In this document: in pieces, positions 27,110 to 39,783 of the stretch
Numbering within the stretch: position 1 is the stretch's first letter
Layout: every line of letters begins with the position of its first letter
NCBI RefSeq assembly: GCF_006345805.1
Contig: NC_043000.1
Location: 48,174,001 to 48,238,000 of the forward strand
Direction of reading: 5' to 3'
Origin: Octopus sinensis
Taxonomy: Eukaryota
Length of the DNA stretch: 64,000 bases
Position numbers and translations under genes: made by a program
Notes under the pieces: generated by a model
The model's input: the letters and a program-made list of their open reading frames with translations, nothing else
Database searches by the model: none
Told to the model about the DNA's origin: nothing

Positions 27110-27330
27110 TTTGTGTTAATGTTTGTCCCCCACACCATCAGTTAATAATTGGTGTCAGTTTGTTTACATTCCTGTAACTTAGTAGCTTAGCAAAAGAGGC
27201 TGATAGAAAAAGCACCAGACTTAAAAAATACAGAAAAATATGTATTGCGGTCAATTTCTTTTTAGTAAACACTTCAAGGTAGCGCCTCAGCATAACTGCA
27301 GTTTAATGATTGAAACAAGTAAGAGATAAG
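27110..27330 (+). mobile_element. SINE family A, 3' half (older)
   Basis: TTTGTCCCCCAC...GTAACTTAG...CAGCATAACTGCAGTTTAATGATTGAAACAAGT. Confidence 0.7.
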
Positions 27331-27627
27331 GGGTACACCCAACACAAACACACACGCACACACACACACACACGCACGCATACTCGCATGCACCTATGTC
27401 TCTATGTACGAATATATGCATGCGTATTAGCAACAGAGAGAAAGAGTAAATTCATTTGTTTTATTCTTGCTTATTGACAAATAAATTAATGTACTTATTT
27501 AGATTCCGAGCTAGCAGCTATCATAAATTAATTAATGCAAGAATCAGCAATAAAAATGTTATCAACATCTGTAATGCATTTGTAGAGTTTTACAACAAAG
27601 CCATCTTCTCTTTGTGAGATAAGCAAG

Positions 27628-27718
27628 GGAAGAAGAAGAAGAAGAAGAAGAAGAAAGAAGAAGAAGAAGAAGAAGAAGAAGAAGAAGAAGAAGAAGAAGA
27701 AGCAGGAGAAGAAGAAGA
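27628..27718. repeat. (GAA)n microsatellite
   Basis: Direct reading. Confidence 0.95.
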
Positions 27719-28165
27719 GAGTGAATGTGCAAGATATTTAGAATTAATGTATCACACCACAACACATGAAATGTATATAATCCATCTAGTTTATTATGTG
27801 CTTACCTTGCCAAATTTAACATTATAGCTTATAGAAGAATTAACATCTGTTATTAATATCGGAAATGGTTTGCAAATTCAAAAACCAAAACAAAAAACAT
27901 ACACAATGCATACATACACATACATACATACATACATGCATATATATATATATATTTATAAATTTTTTTTTTATATATACACACACTGATATATGACCTA
28001 TGTTGGACTCCTTATTCGCATAATCACCAAACGTGGAGCTTAACTATGGTCTATCTATAGCACTTACTCAGCACTACCTGATACCTTTGGGTCTTACTGA
28101 CACCTTTACCTCTCATAGCCTATATTTTATATATATATATATTCACACACATGCACACACACACG

Positions 28166-28197
<32 letters not shown>

Positions 28198-30284
28198 TAT
28201 ATATTTATATATAGATGAGAAAAAAGTGTATTTAATTCACATTCAAGAGTTATCAATGTCGATGACCATCCAGAAAGCAGTGCTAAAAGCATCCTAGTAA
28301 TTTAAAAAAGAAGTATTATTAGTATTATTCATTCATTCTGTTACTGGTTTCAGTTAGTAGACTGCAGTTCAGCTGGGGTACCACCTAGAAGTATTTTACT
28401 CAAACAAATCTACCTCATTACATTTTTATTCTTTTATGAGCTTGATACTTATTCTGCCAGTCTCTTTTGCCAAGCCACTAAGTTACAGGGATGTAAATAC
28501 ACCAACACCGGTTATCAAGTGGTAAAGGGGAACAAACACACACACATACACATCAAGTCTTCACTTAGGCATTGCAATACTAATGACTTGATGTGTGTGT
28601 GTATGTGTGTATGTGTGTGTCTTTGCCTCTGTGTTTGTCCCCTGTCATACAGATAACTTACTACTTGATACATTATGTTTGAAAGAAGGACAGCTTGGAT
28701 GGTCATTGTTGGAAAGTCTCTGAAAATAGGCCTGCAACATTAGGGCTGACCAGAGCTAAACAACAACACCAATAAACAAAGGGTTCCCCATATACAGTTG
28801 TTGCATAGCCCCTGGTCAATTGAGCAAACCTATTGGTCAAAGGTATTTCAATTATGATAACTCTGTCTTTTTTTACATCTCCAGGGAACCTACAATATAT
28901 TGTGCAACAGATCTTTTTTAAGATAGTAGAATATAATATGAGGGGTATTTGGCTGCCATACCAAGCCAGTCAAGCATTAATATAGGGACTACTTTATTGA
29001 TTGGCTCATGTACAGTTACTCCACTTGTTAGAAATACCAACCAAGTCTTCATCAAATCATCCACATTTTTACTCTCTTAGAAAGAATAATATAATTCTAA
29101 ATACCTCATACTTAAATACAATGTAAGATAGCCACAGCTGGAACACTTTTCATCAGAGGTCAAGAAGAGGGTGCTAAACAAAAATAGCAATTACAACATA
29201 ATCATAATGCACATCATCATCATTTAACACCCATTTTCCATACTGGTATGGGTGGGGACAATTTGACCAGAGGTGGCAAGCCGAAGAGACACACCAGACT
29301 CCAGTCTTGTTTTCCATGGTTTCCATGGCTGGATGCTCTTCCTAACACCGACCACTTTACGGTGTATGTTGGGTGCTTTTAATGTGGTACCACACAACAG
29401 CCTTATGTGACATCAAACATCATCATTATCATCGTTTAACGTCCGTTTTCCATGCTAGCAAGAATTGGACGTAAGTGCTATTTTTGTGGCATCAGCACAA
29501 GACTCTTGCTGACCAATCCTCTTCACCAGGGGTAGGGTGGAGGTGTCTGTCTGTGTGTGTGTGTGTGGTGGGGGGAGGCAAGATCATAATTGAAAATGGT
29601 AATGGCTCTGCTTTGTTGTGCCAATATAGTCTTCCCTTTTGATGCTCCAAAATGGTATGAGAGATATCAGCTTTGGAATATAGTGTTTTTATTTCTAAAA
29701 GAAAATACCTGTTATTAAATCTATAAAAACAAACAAACAACTAATAACTATATCCAAGGGCTAAAACGCTTTTATGTTTCAAATTAGATGAGTATGAATA
29801 TTCATGATATGAAACTAAATAAAACCCACCTTAGATTGATATTTATATAATAATTTCTCTTTTTATGAGTGAGGCCAAAGCTCTAGTAATAGCTATGAAT
29901 ATTCATCTATTCCTCAGTACAAGCTGGATTATGAATAGTTGGAAAAACCTCAATTTATATAATACAAATCTAATATTGTACTATAGAGGAGAAGTAAGTA
30001 CCCAAAAACTTCTAAATTTATTCTACCACCACCACCACTACCACATAACCTTTGGATTCCTTTGGCAAGTGTTCACTCTGTTATAAGCATTCATGTGATG
30101 TCTCTAGTCTAGTCTGATAACTTCTTCCTCTCCTTTCCTCCACTCTGCCGTGGAGGCCCTGAAAAAGGAAAAGGCTATAAACATTACTCTTCTTTATTTG
30201 ATGAAATTATATGAAAAAAAATAGCGATTGCAATGTGGTTTAATTTCCCTTCTAAGCAACTTCCTGTAACTTGTTTTTTTATGC

Positions 30285-30335
<51 letters not shown>

Positions 30336-31369
30336 ACTCTCTCACTCTCGTTGTAAAGGCTTGTGTCTCTTATTTGCAATATAACTTCTTTGCCTTCTTA
30401 GAACATGAAAAAACTAATCCTGAAAATCCAATTTTTGGCACTGCATATTTAAAAAAAAATTTTCATGACAGTAGCAGTCATGATATATTTCTCATAACCT
30501 CCAGCAGGCACTATTCTACAAATTCGTAGACTGACTTGGTAGATTAATTGATTTGAGAATGAAGTATCTCGAACATATTTCAAACATGAGGTTCACCTCT
30601 AGTGGTGAAATTTATCCTAAAAATGGAAAGAATCTCTTCAGTTAGACAAAGTTGAAGAAATTGTGTAATTAATGCTGCTGACAAGAGCACAAATTTGTGA
30701 CCCTTAAGCAGGTTGTCCCATATATTATTGTGTCAACAACCTACGTTCTCTGTACTTAAATAGGATATCTATTTTTATTATACGTACAAGACAAATCTTA
30801 GTGTTGGATAGAATTTGAATAATCTATAAAGGTGGTTTACAATCTTTGCTCATTGCAAATGTATTACTGAATGTTGTTTATAGTCATGATAACAAAATAT
30901 ACAAATGATACAGCAGTGATAGAAAATTCTATTCTTGATAATATTTAGTAGCAAGAAATTAGTCTTACTGAGAAGTTGAAATAAGATAGTTTTGGATTAA
31001 CCTAAGTGAGATGGATTTAATAAAAGAAATAACCGAAATGAAAGTAAAATGCAGAAATAAAATGTTTCCTAGCTATCCACTTCATAAGCAGTCTGAGATG
31101 ATGAATGTGAGTTATAAATGATAATGATGCATTCTATTCATCTGAAAAATTAGTTTTATTAGCTCAAAGAATGAATGAAGATAGGAAATGGGGATTCTTT
31201 ACTGATAATTGGACTACTTTACAGGATAGCTATTGAACTCGGCTTCAATAGCATTACGTTATGGTTCGGTTAGTTCAGACCATCCTTTCAGTTTTTCTCT
31301 GCTCTAAACTGCAAAGCTTTGAACATTCTGGGATTTCGGCCAAAGAAATGGACATTGCATTTATGCCTG

Positions 31370-31807
31370 TCAGCTTAACTGTGTGGAGTAGATAAACAAA
31401 GCTTTTATTTTATATAACAGGAAGGAATAGTGTTTCTCTTCATACTGAACATTATCCACTTCACAGACTACTTCTTTCAACTCAGCCTCTGAGCTGTGTA
31501 AGCAAATTAAGGCTTTTAACTTACCATTCCTCATGTTATCATTATTTTGTACATCCTCCTGGCTTATAGGCTACAGACATTCAGATCTTAAATTTATTAC
31601 AATGCTTTGTGCTTCAATATAAGCAAACCCTACTTCTTCTTGCATAATAAAAGGAATAAGTTATGTTGCTTCTGTTGCAAATGTCAGGAAAGTTTTATAA
31701 TTGAGTTGACAAATATTCTCTTTTCTTTCAACCTCTATTAGATGTTGAGTCTTCACTTTCTTGGGCTTTATTTCGTTCATTTCTTGTGTTGAATGTTTTT
31801 GCTTTTC
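31370..31807 (-). pseudogene. Putative decayed coding exon (E/K-rich protein, unidentified)
   Basis: After TTATTTAG, a 145-codon frame has only two stops: EKQKHSTQEMNEIKPKKVKTQHLIEVERKENICQLNYKTFLTFATEAT*LIPFIMQEEVG...SECL*PISQEDVQNNDNMRNG...EAELKEVVCEVDNVQYEEK. An ATG|GTAAGT donor lies at 31525/31524. Confidence 0.4.
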
Positions 31808-32689
31808 CTAAATAATGTATCGATTACATAGACAATGCTTACAGGTCTTGACAATATTTATATATACACCATTCAATATGTTAACGTATTGATAACCAAA
31901 GCAGACTAAAAAATAAGCATTTATTTTTATTATCAAATTACTCTCCTCCACCACGTTATAATATATTTAGGATTTACAAAAGAATCAAAAAAAGGAAACC
32001 AAATATATATTTTCAATGCTTAACTTTTAGTCAAAATAAATTCTGTAAGCCTAAATCAAATTTCCTACAACCAAGATTTTTGATAGAGAAAAACCAAACA
32101 AAAAACAGTATAAGTAATATAATTTTCAAACATTTTCTGTCTTTTTTTGTAAAGAACATATATCAAGGTTCAATATGCTTCCTCAGTAAACTGTAGGGCA
32201 TTGTGGTCAACATTATTTTGTAGATACACTGTAGTAAAAAGAGATTAAGCAACTAAGTTTTATAACAAAAGCAGGAATTTCTTTTCAAACTAACATTATA
32301 ATTTTGATGGAATGATTACATACTGAACACTATTGAGTTTTCTGATACATAAAGAATTATCAATAATTCACCTTGTATTGACAGCAAAACTAAATAAAGA
32401 ATTGCGAAAGGTTTCTTTATCTTTTTTGTTCTCATTTTCTTTCCTATTTTTTTTTGCTTTTTTTTTTAACTGGATAGGTTATTGTTTGTAGTTGCTTTGT
32501 ATTGATGCCAAGATACAGTGTTAAGTGTCACTCTCACCAATCACATAGTTTATTTTATTACACATCCCATCTTATACATTACACACACACACACTCACGT
32601 GCACACACATTCACACATTTATATTTGACACTTATATTATGAACATCAGAAGCATGAAAGAATAAGTCAATATTTATAGGATTCAAATT

Positions 32690-32691
<2 letters not shown>

Positions 32692-32724
<33 letters not shown>

Positions 32725-33218
32725 CATATATACATAGGTAAATATATATATATATATATTATATATATATATATATATAATATATATAATATATATATTA
32801 TATATATATATATATATATATTATACATATATACATAGTATATATATTATATATATTATATAATATATATATATTATATATATATATATATATATTATAC
32901 ATATATACATATGTATATATATGTATATATTATACATATATACATATGTATATATATGTATATATTATACATATATACATATGTATATATATGTATATAT
33001 TATACATATATACATATGTATAATATTATACATATATACATATGTATATATATGTATATATTATACAAATATACATATGTATATATATTATACATATATA
33101 CATATGTATATATATATATTATACATATATACATATGTATATATATATATATATATTATACATATATACAATATATATATATATATATATTATACATATA
33201 TACATATGTATGTCTATA

Positions 33219-33257
<39 letters not shown>
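32692..33257. repeat. AT-rich compound microsatellite/minisatellite (~32-bp unit in the centre)
   Basis: Repeated TATTATACATATATACATATGTATATATATGTATA-type unit from about 32893 to 33210. Confidence 0.9.
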
Positions 33258-33259
<2 letters not shown>

Positions 33260-34429
33260 GAAAGTCTGATAGCAAGGTCAGCCAGAACTAGAATTGGGCT
33301 TCATTTATTCATTGTTTCCTTTCATTCTTTCCATTCTCCCTCTATCTCTCACTATTTTTGTGAATAGTACAAAGATTCAATAACTGGTGGAGAGAAAAAA
33401 ATGATACAAAAGAGTTATGAAGATTTATGAAGATTTATTTGTGTATGTCATTTTTGTTTTTCTACTTTTAATAATTTTTCTCTATCATTAACTCAGAGAA
33501 AGGGCATCGAGCAATGGTATTCTTGCAAACATTATACATATATATATGTGTGCATTTGTGTATGTCTGTATGTGTGTGTATATGTACATGTGTGTATGTA
33601 GCTGTGTGTGTGTGTTTGTATGGATACAAGTATAACTGAGTGACTATGAAATTTATTTTCCAAACATGAGGTCCCAATTTTGTTCTTACTGTACGGCATT
33701 TTAAATAAGTGTCTTAATCATAACCTCAGGTTGGTTCAAGTCTTGTGAGAGAAATTAGGTTGATGGAAACTGTAGAAAAGTCTATCATATTGACTGTTCC
33801 TGTAATTCAAAGATCCACACTTGTCATACTGCATCATGCATTATTAGCTTGTGTGTTGTGTTGAGGGTTTATTTGTGTGTGAAATATTCTGTTATTTACC
33901 CATTAATATAAAGGCGTTAGACATTCAAATGATCAAACAACTGAATGGTCATTGGTAAAACCAATATATAAATACATACATGTATGTATGTACATATATG
34001 TAAGAGTGTGTGTGTGCACGCATGCATCTTTCAATGCCGTGTATGCTATAAGGTCAGCAAATCTAATGGAGACCTCAAAAGACATTTTAAGATCCACAAA
34101 AATTGGAACTTAATTGCAGCTTTTGGTGGTCCAAATCAGATGTGCAATCTATGTGGGTGTCTTTTAAATACATTGACTCTGTTTAAAAAGCCATGATGGA
34201 TCTAAGGTGTAAGTACAAGGCAGTGCTCCAGCATGGCCACAGTCAAATGACTAAAACAAGTAAAAGAGTAAAACAGTGTGTGCCTGTGTGTGTGTGTGTT
34301 ATCTATGTGACCTTCCCAAGCAAGATTATGCTGTATGGGAGACTGCAGTTATCATAATAGAGGAACTTCAAAAAGAAGGTACAAGAACTTCCTAATGAAA
34401 TCCCTTTGTAGCTGTCACATTGTTCAACA

Positions 34430-34705
34430 CCAGTGGTCTGTTCTTGTTACTGACTGTGAAACTTGCTATTTCAATGTCCTCTGGTCAATTGTTTTATTTG
34501 AAGACACCCACAGAACTATGCTTACAGACAAGAGCAAAATGAGGGAAAACGAGGACACTATGGTCAACCCTGACCAGCTCTTCTTCCCATGCAGACTCTG
34601 CAGTCATGACTTCTTATACTGAATTAGACTCATCAGACATCAGCAAGTCTGTAGTGGATATGGGCATCCCACTACATTAATCTTTGCTCATCAACCCTAG
34701 CCAAG
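34430..34705 (+). mobile_element. Old RTE-like LINE C-terminal remnant
   Basis: FPCRLCSHDFLY*IRLIRHQQVC resembles the RTE terminal Cx2C...RIGLxxH motif. Confidence 0.45.
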
Positions 34706-34721
34706 TGTTTATATATATATA

Positions 34722-34925
34722 TAAAGGGAAAGTTTACGAAAATAAACAAAAGACAAAGGCAGGTGGTGTACAAACAAACAGATGTATTAGTATAGCACTC
34801 AGGAATAGAAAAAGTCTTTTATGTTTCGAGCCTACGCTCTTCTACAGAAAGGTACACAGAAAAAACAAAGAGAGAAACAAGGAAAGAGAAAAAAAATGTG
34901 TGTAGTAGCTAACGGTCTATCATAG
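34722..34925 (-). mobile_element. Penelope-like pLTR fragment with hammerhead-like motif
   Basis: Minus strand CTGTAGAA-GAGCgtagGCTC-GAAAC at 34813-34847; the fragment is bounded by (TA)n. Confidence 0.55.
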
Positions 34926-35366
34926 CATTTATATATATACATACATATGTATACATAAATGTCAAACAATGGAAATGAGTATTCAACACTGCATTGGCAG
35001 GTATAATTTCTTTATTTGTGAATTAAGGCTACCATTGGTTTCACATTAAGAAAAGCAGGAAAATATCCCTGTGTCTTAAGAATTTTTCAAGTTGATCACA
35101 TGGAGGAAGTTGTTTGCCTCTATTATATACATATAGTTCAAATGTGCAGACGAAAAAAAGACACAGACAGGTGAGGGAACAACAAGCAGGAGTTGCTACA
35201 TGAGAAAGAGGGAAAAGACTTTGACATTTCAAGTCTATACTCTTCAAAAGAAAGGGATGAGAGGGAAAAAGAATGGAGAGAGAAAAAATCTGAGGGAAGA
35301 ATCAAGAGAACAAGTGTTGGGATTAACGATTTCATGTGTTGATATATATATATATATATATATATG

Positions 35367-35524
35367 TTCATAATTACATTAGAGGGTACACGAGGCACTG
35401 CCTTGCTACAAAGTGGAAGTAAAAACCACCAATTTTTTTAGTGAGATTCATAGTTAAGTATGGGGTTTTTACTTCCACTTTCTAGCAAGCCTGTGCCTTG
35501 TGTACCCTCTAATATAATTATGAA
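35367..35524. repeat. Fold-back element, ~61-bp arms
   Basis: 35367-35427 is the reverse complement of 35464-35524; adjacent to (TA)n. Confidence 0.85.
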
Positions 35525-35686
35525 TTTTGTATATAGCTGTTTAATGCTAATATTGTTTGCTGCCACTAATGTTATTGTTGTTGTTATTATCAGTTATTTA
35601 GATTTGCCACTGATAATAATAAAAAATAATACCTTTACAAATATTTATTTGAATATTCACTCATTGACACACACACACACATACGC

Positions 35687-35740
<54 letters not shown>

Positions 35741-35749
<9 letters not shown>

Positions 35750-36146
35750 GAGGTGAAAATAGCACAGAAGTAAGTCTAAGACATTTTAAATTTAAGAGGA
35801 AATTTAATAAAAATGATTTTAAAAAATAATTATATAAAGAAAATATTACTGGTGTTGATGAATCTCAGCTTATCAAATATCAGTAAAAATTTATAAAAAT
35901 TTGAAGTAAATACAGTCTATCATCTGTTTGGGGGTCAAGAACATGTCTCTTGACCTGCTGACTGAAGATAAACTGTTTTTACTTCAAATTTTTATAAATT
36001 TTCACTGGCATTTGAAAAGATGAGATTCATCAAAACCAGTAATATTTTCTTTATATAATTATTTTTAAAAATCCTTTTATTAAATTCCCTCTTAAGTTGA
36101 AATGATTTAGACTTACTTCTGGAATATTGCCACTTTCATCTTTTAT
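35741..36146. repeat. Fold-back element, ~200-bp arms (Penelope-like pLTR pair)
   Basis: Near-continuous palindrome centred on GGTCAAGA-acatgtc-TCTTGACC (35933-35955), flanked by (TA)n. Confidence 0.9.
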
Positions 36147-36185
36147 ATATAAAAAATGATTTGTATAAATCTCTAATCTTTTTAC

Positions 36186-36252
<67 letters not shown>

Positions 36253-36441
36253 TGGGTACACCTAAACACACATGTAATATAATACAGTTAGTTGTACTCA
36301 ACTGTATATATTTAAATGCTTTCCACAATAAGGGAATACTTCATTCAAAGAGCTCTGAAGAAGTTATATCACACCAATAATCATCTCTGGGAGCACACTT
36401 ATATATATATATATTAATATATATGTATACATACATGTGTG

Positions 36442-36835
36442 TCATCATCATCATCATCGTTTAACGTCCATTTTCCATGCTGGCATGGGTTGGACGGCTC
36501 GTATGGGGTCTGGGAAGCCAGAAGGCTGCACCAGGCTCCAATCTTATCTGGCAGTGCTTCTACAGCTGGATGCCCTTCCTAACGCCAACCACTCTGAATG
36601 TGTAGTGGGTGCTTTTTACGTGCCACCGCCACAGAGATCACAACTACAATTTCCATATGATTTTAATTTTGATGTACTTGACTCAATAGGTCTCCTCAAG
36701 CATAGCATGTCGCCCTATGGTCCAAGATACTTTTGAGTGGGCCGGTAATGTGACACTGGTGTACGTTACAGCTGGGAACTCACTTTATATGCCGGATCTC
36801 CTCAGTCACAGCATATCTTCAGTCATCTCGGTCTT
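36442..36835 (-). mobile_element. RTE 3' end repeat (family C)
   Basis: (CAT)nCGTTTAACGTCC...CCATGCTGGCATGGGTTGG...GGATGCCCTTCCTAACGCCAACC. Confidence 0.8.
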
Positions 36836-36861
36836 TTGAGTGTATTAATATATATATATAT

Positions 36862-37198
36862 AAAATTTAATAAGGGTAGAAATTGACATTAATCAATTAA
36901 AACCAGTGGCCTAGCATATTAAAAAATCCGAAGATTAAAATATTTTTACATACAAAATTTAAAGGAATGATCATGATGAGACTGCAGGTATCCATATGTG
37001 TGGATATTAACAATCGAAACTGATCGGTACATAGGTAATCATTTTTATTTCGTATATTTTCATTTGTCTTGCTTATTTTTAATGCTTTGGTTTGTGCTGA
37101 GTTTTTTATTTGAGAACTCATTCTTTGGGGAAAATAGCGATTTTGAAGTCTATATCTAGCATGTTGACCGTCCACTTTTAGTGGTCAGTCCTTTAAAT

Positions 37199-37200
<2 letters not shown>
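36862..37200 (+). mobile_element. Penelope-like pLTR fragment with hammerhead-like motif
   Basis: ATGATGA-GACTG..(hairpin)..CAATC-GAAAC-TGATCG-GTA at 36973-37029; bounded by (TA)n on both sides. Confidence 0.55.
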
Positions 37201-37234
<34 letters not shown>

Positions 37235-37501
37235 TCCCTCTTTCTCTGCCTTTATTACACATCTTCTGCTCTTATTTTTAATGGTAGTATTGCAAAATTA
37301 AACTTTGTTACTTGATTGTGCTTGTAGTCTTAGTTCAGAAAAACAACTCTTCTTTATAAGAAATAAATAATAATAGAATAAAATAAGATAAAATAAAACT
37401 TGCTTCAGTTTTGCTACTTCATGTTAACTAAAAGAGTTCTTTGATATACAGAAGGAAAGAAAATACTGGTTAACCTTTATTCAACTGAAAATAAGAAAAT
37501 A

Positions 37502-37692
37502 CTTTGTGTTTATGAATGAGCCTGTTCTTCATCGTCTTCAGTCAGAAGTATCTTTATGTTCATTGTTTACAAATGCTTCATACAATTCTTCTTGGGATTT
37601 CTGTTCCTCAGTAAAGTTACTATCAGATTTCTATGGATCATTGCTGTTATGTTCAAACTTGATGTTTTTAGCTTTAAGAAAATTATTTTTCT
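37502..37692 (-). pseudogene. Putative decayed exon
   Basis: Strong acceptor (T)nACCAG, then KNNFLKAKNIKFEHNSNDP*KSDSNFTEEQKSQEELYEAFVNNEHKDTSD*, with a shifted-frame continuation ILLTEDDEEQAHS. Confidence 0.35.
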
Positions 37693-38480
37693 CTGGTAAA
37701 AAAAAAAAAAAAAAAAAAAAAAATAAAATAAATCTTTTTTTTTTAAATCGACATTTCACATACCAAGACATTCAATCTTACCAAATCTAATCAATAAATG
37801 CATCATTACAAGCACATACATTCCTCATCTATTAGATAGATAGATAGAAAAATAGACAGCTTGATAGATAGTTAAATACGTATACATACATATATATATA
37901 TATATATATATGTGTATATGTGTGTGTGTTGTTCCTTTGCTCATACACTCATATATATAGATGCAATTACATATAAATAAAGAAAAAAGAAGCGGAGAAG
38001 CACATATGCATAGGTACAAAACATGAAAGAAAGAATTAACGATGAATATTATCTAGTATCTGTTATACTTTTTCACTTTGAAAGCAATGTTTAGAATATG
38101 CTTGATGATCAAGGAGAATGATATCTTGGTAAGTAAAAGAGCAAGATATTCCCAAAGAGGAAAAGGAAAAATAAAATGATATTCACTCCAGAAATCTCCA
38201 GACGCAGTTTACGGTAATTGTTCAGTAAATTTAATATATTAATATCAGAGATGAAGAAAATCAAGAATATTTTCCGAAACTAGCCATTAACTTACCATTG
38301 AATTCTTTATTATATTTATCTATGCTTTTTTTTTTCTTTTTGCTTTTATTTCTTTTATATTATTTATTCCAATTACCACTATTTTCGTTAGAATTGACTT
38401 GATACATTTTTTTTACAATGCTTCTTTTATCATATATATATATGTCTATATATATATATGTATATATATCTATATATCTA

Positions 38481-38561
<81 letters not shown>

Positions 38562-38784
38562 ATGTATAAACATATACATATATACACACACACATATATG
38601 GTTATGCTATTTTCTTATTTTCTGAAAGTCTTACTCTGTAGACTACTGAATCTCTTTGTGTAATCTATTAAGCAACTTCTTTTATTTTTGTTCCTTTCCT
38701 TTTTTATCTTTAGTTCTATTGAAAAAGGGAGTTATTGTTCTATTCTGTTATTTGTAGGCAATATACCAGCACTTCATAAGCACA

Positions 38785-39120
<336 letters not shown>

Positions 39121-39674
39121 GCATGTAGTAGAAAAAGCCATGTAACTTTCTTTCTCATGTACCTATTTATCCTCCTGATGTAAGTAAATGGATGATAAAC
39201 TAAAGTAAATTGGACCTATTTTCAGGCAACTATCAGCTGCTTGATATCTTAAGCTATTAGATACTGCACTTTTCAGAAATCTAACAATGCATTCACCTTG
39301 CTTTTTTCCTCTTCTCTCTTCTTTCTCTCTTCTCCTTCAGTTATTATATAACTGTTGTCTGTTGACATTTTCAGCCATCTGCTTCGTGTATTGTTTTTGC
39401 CATTTGACCTGACTCTCTGTTTTACTACTCTCCTTTAGTTTAACTTGCGTATATACTTCTGACTTTACTTCATATTTCTTTATTACCATTCACTGTTATC
39501 CTATTCTGTAGTAGCTAACGTTCTACCCCCCCCCCACCATTCATTGATTCATTTTAGCATAGCAGTGGTAAATAATGGTGATACATTCTCCTTCATACTT
39601 ATGCACATATTTCCTTGTGAATATCTTTGGATTCCTTTTGTATTTCCTATTCCACATATTATTCTTATCATAAG

Positions 39675-39783
39675 ACCGGAGCCTGGTGCAGCCTTCTGAC
39701 TTCCCAGATCCCCGGTCGAACTGTCCAACCCATGCTAGCATGGAGAACGGACGTTAAACGATGATGATGATGATGATGATGAT
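39675..39783 (+). mobile_element. RTE 3' end repeat (family C), short
   Basis: GGAGCCTGGTGCAGCCTTCTG...CCATGCTAGCATGGAGAACGGACGTTAAAC(GAT)n. Confidence 0.85.

Noticed and set aside
26810-27145. Recurrent ORFs containing EDTCPRCHAVGLNPEP or RLPNPLTRLWSARGYS
   Set aside because: They are antisense read-through of SINE A, not a gene family.
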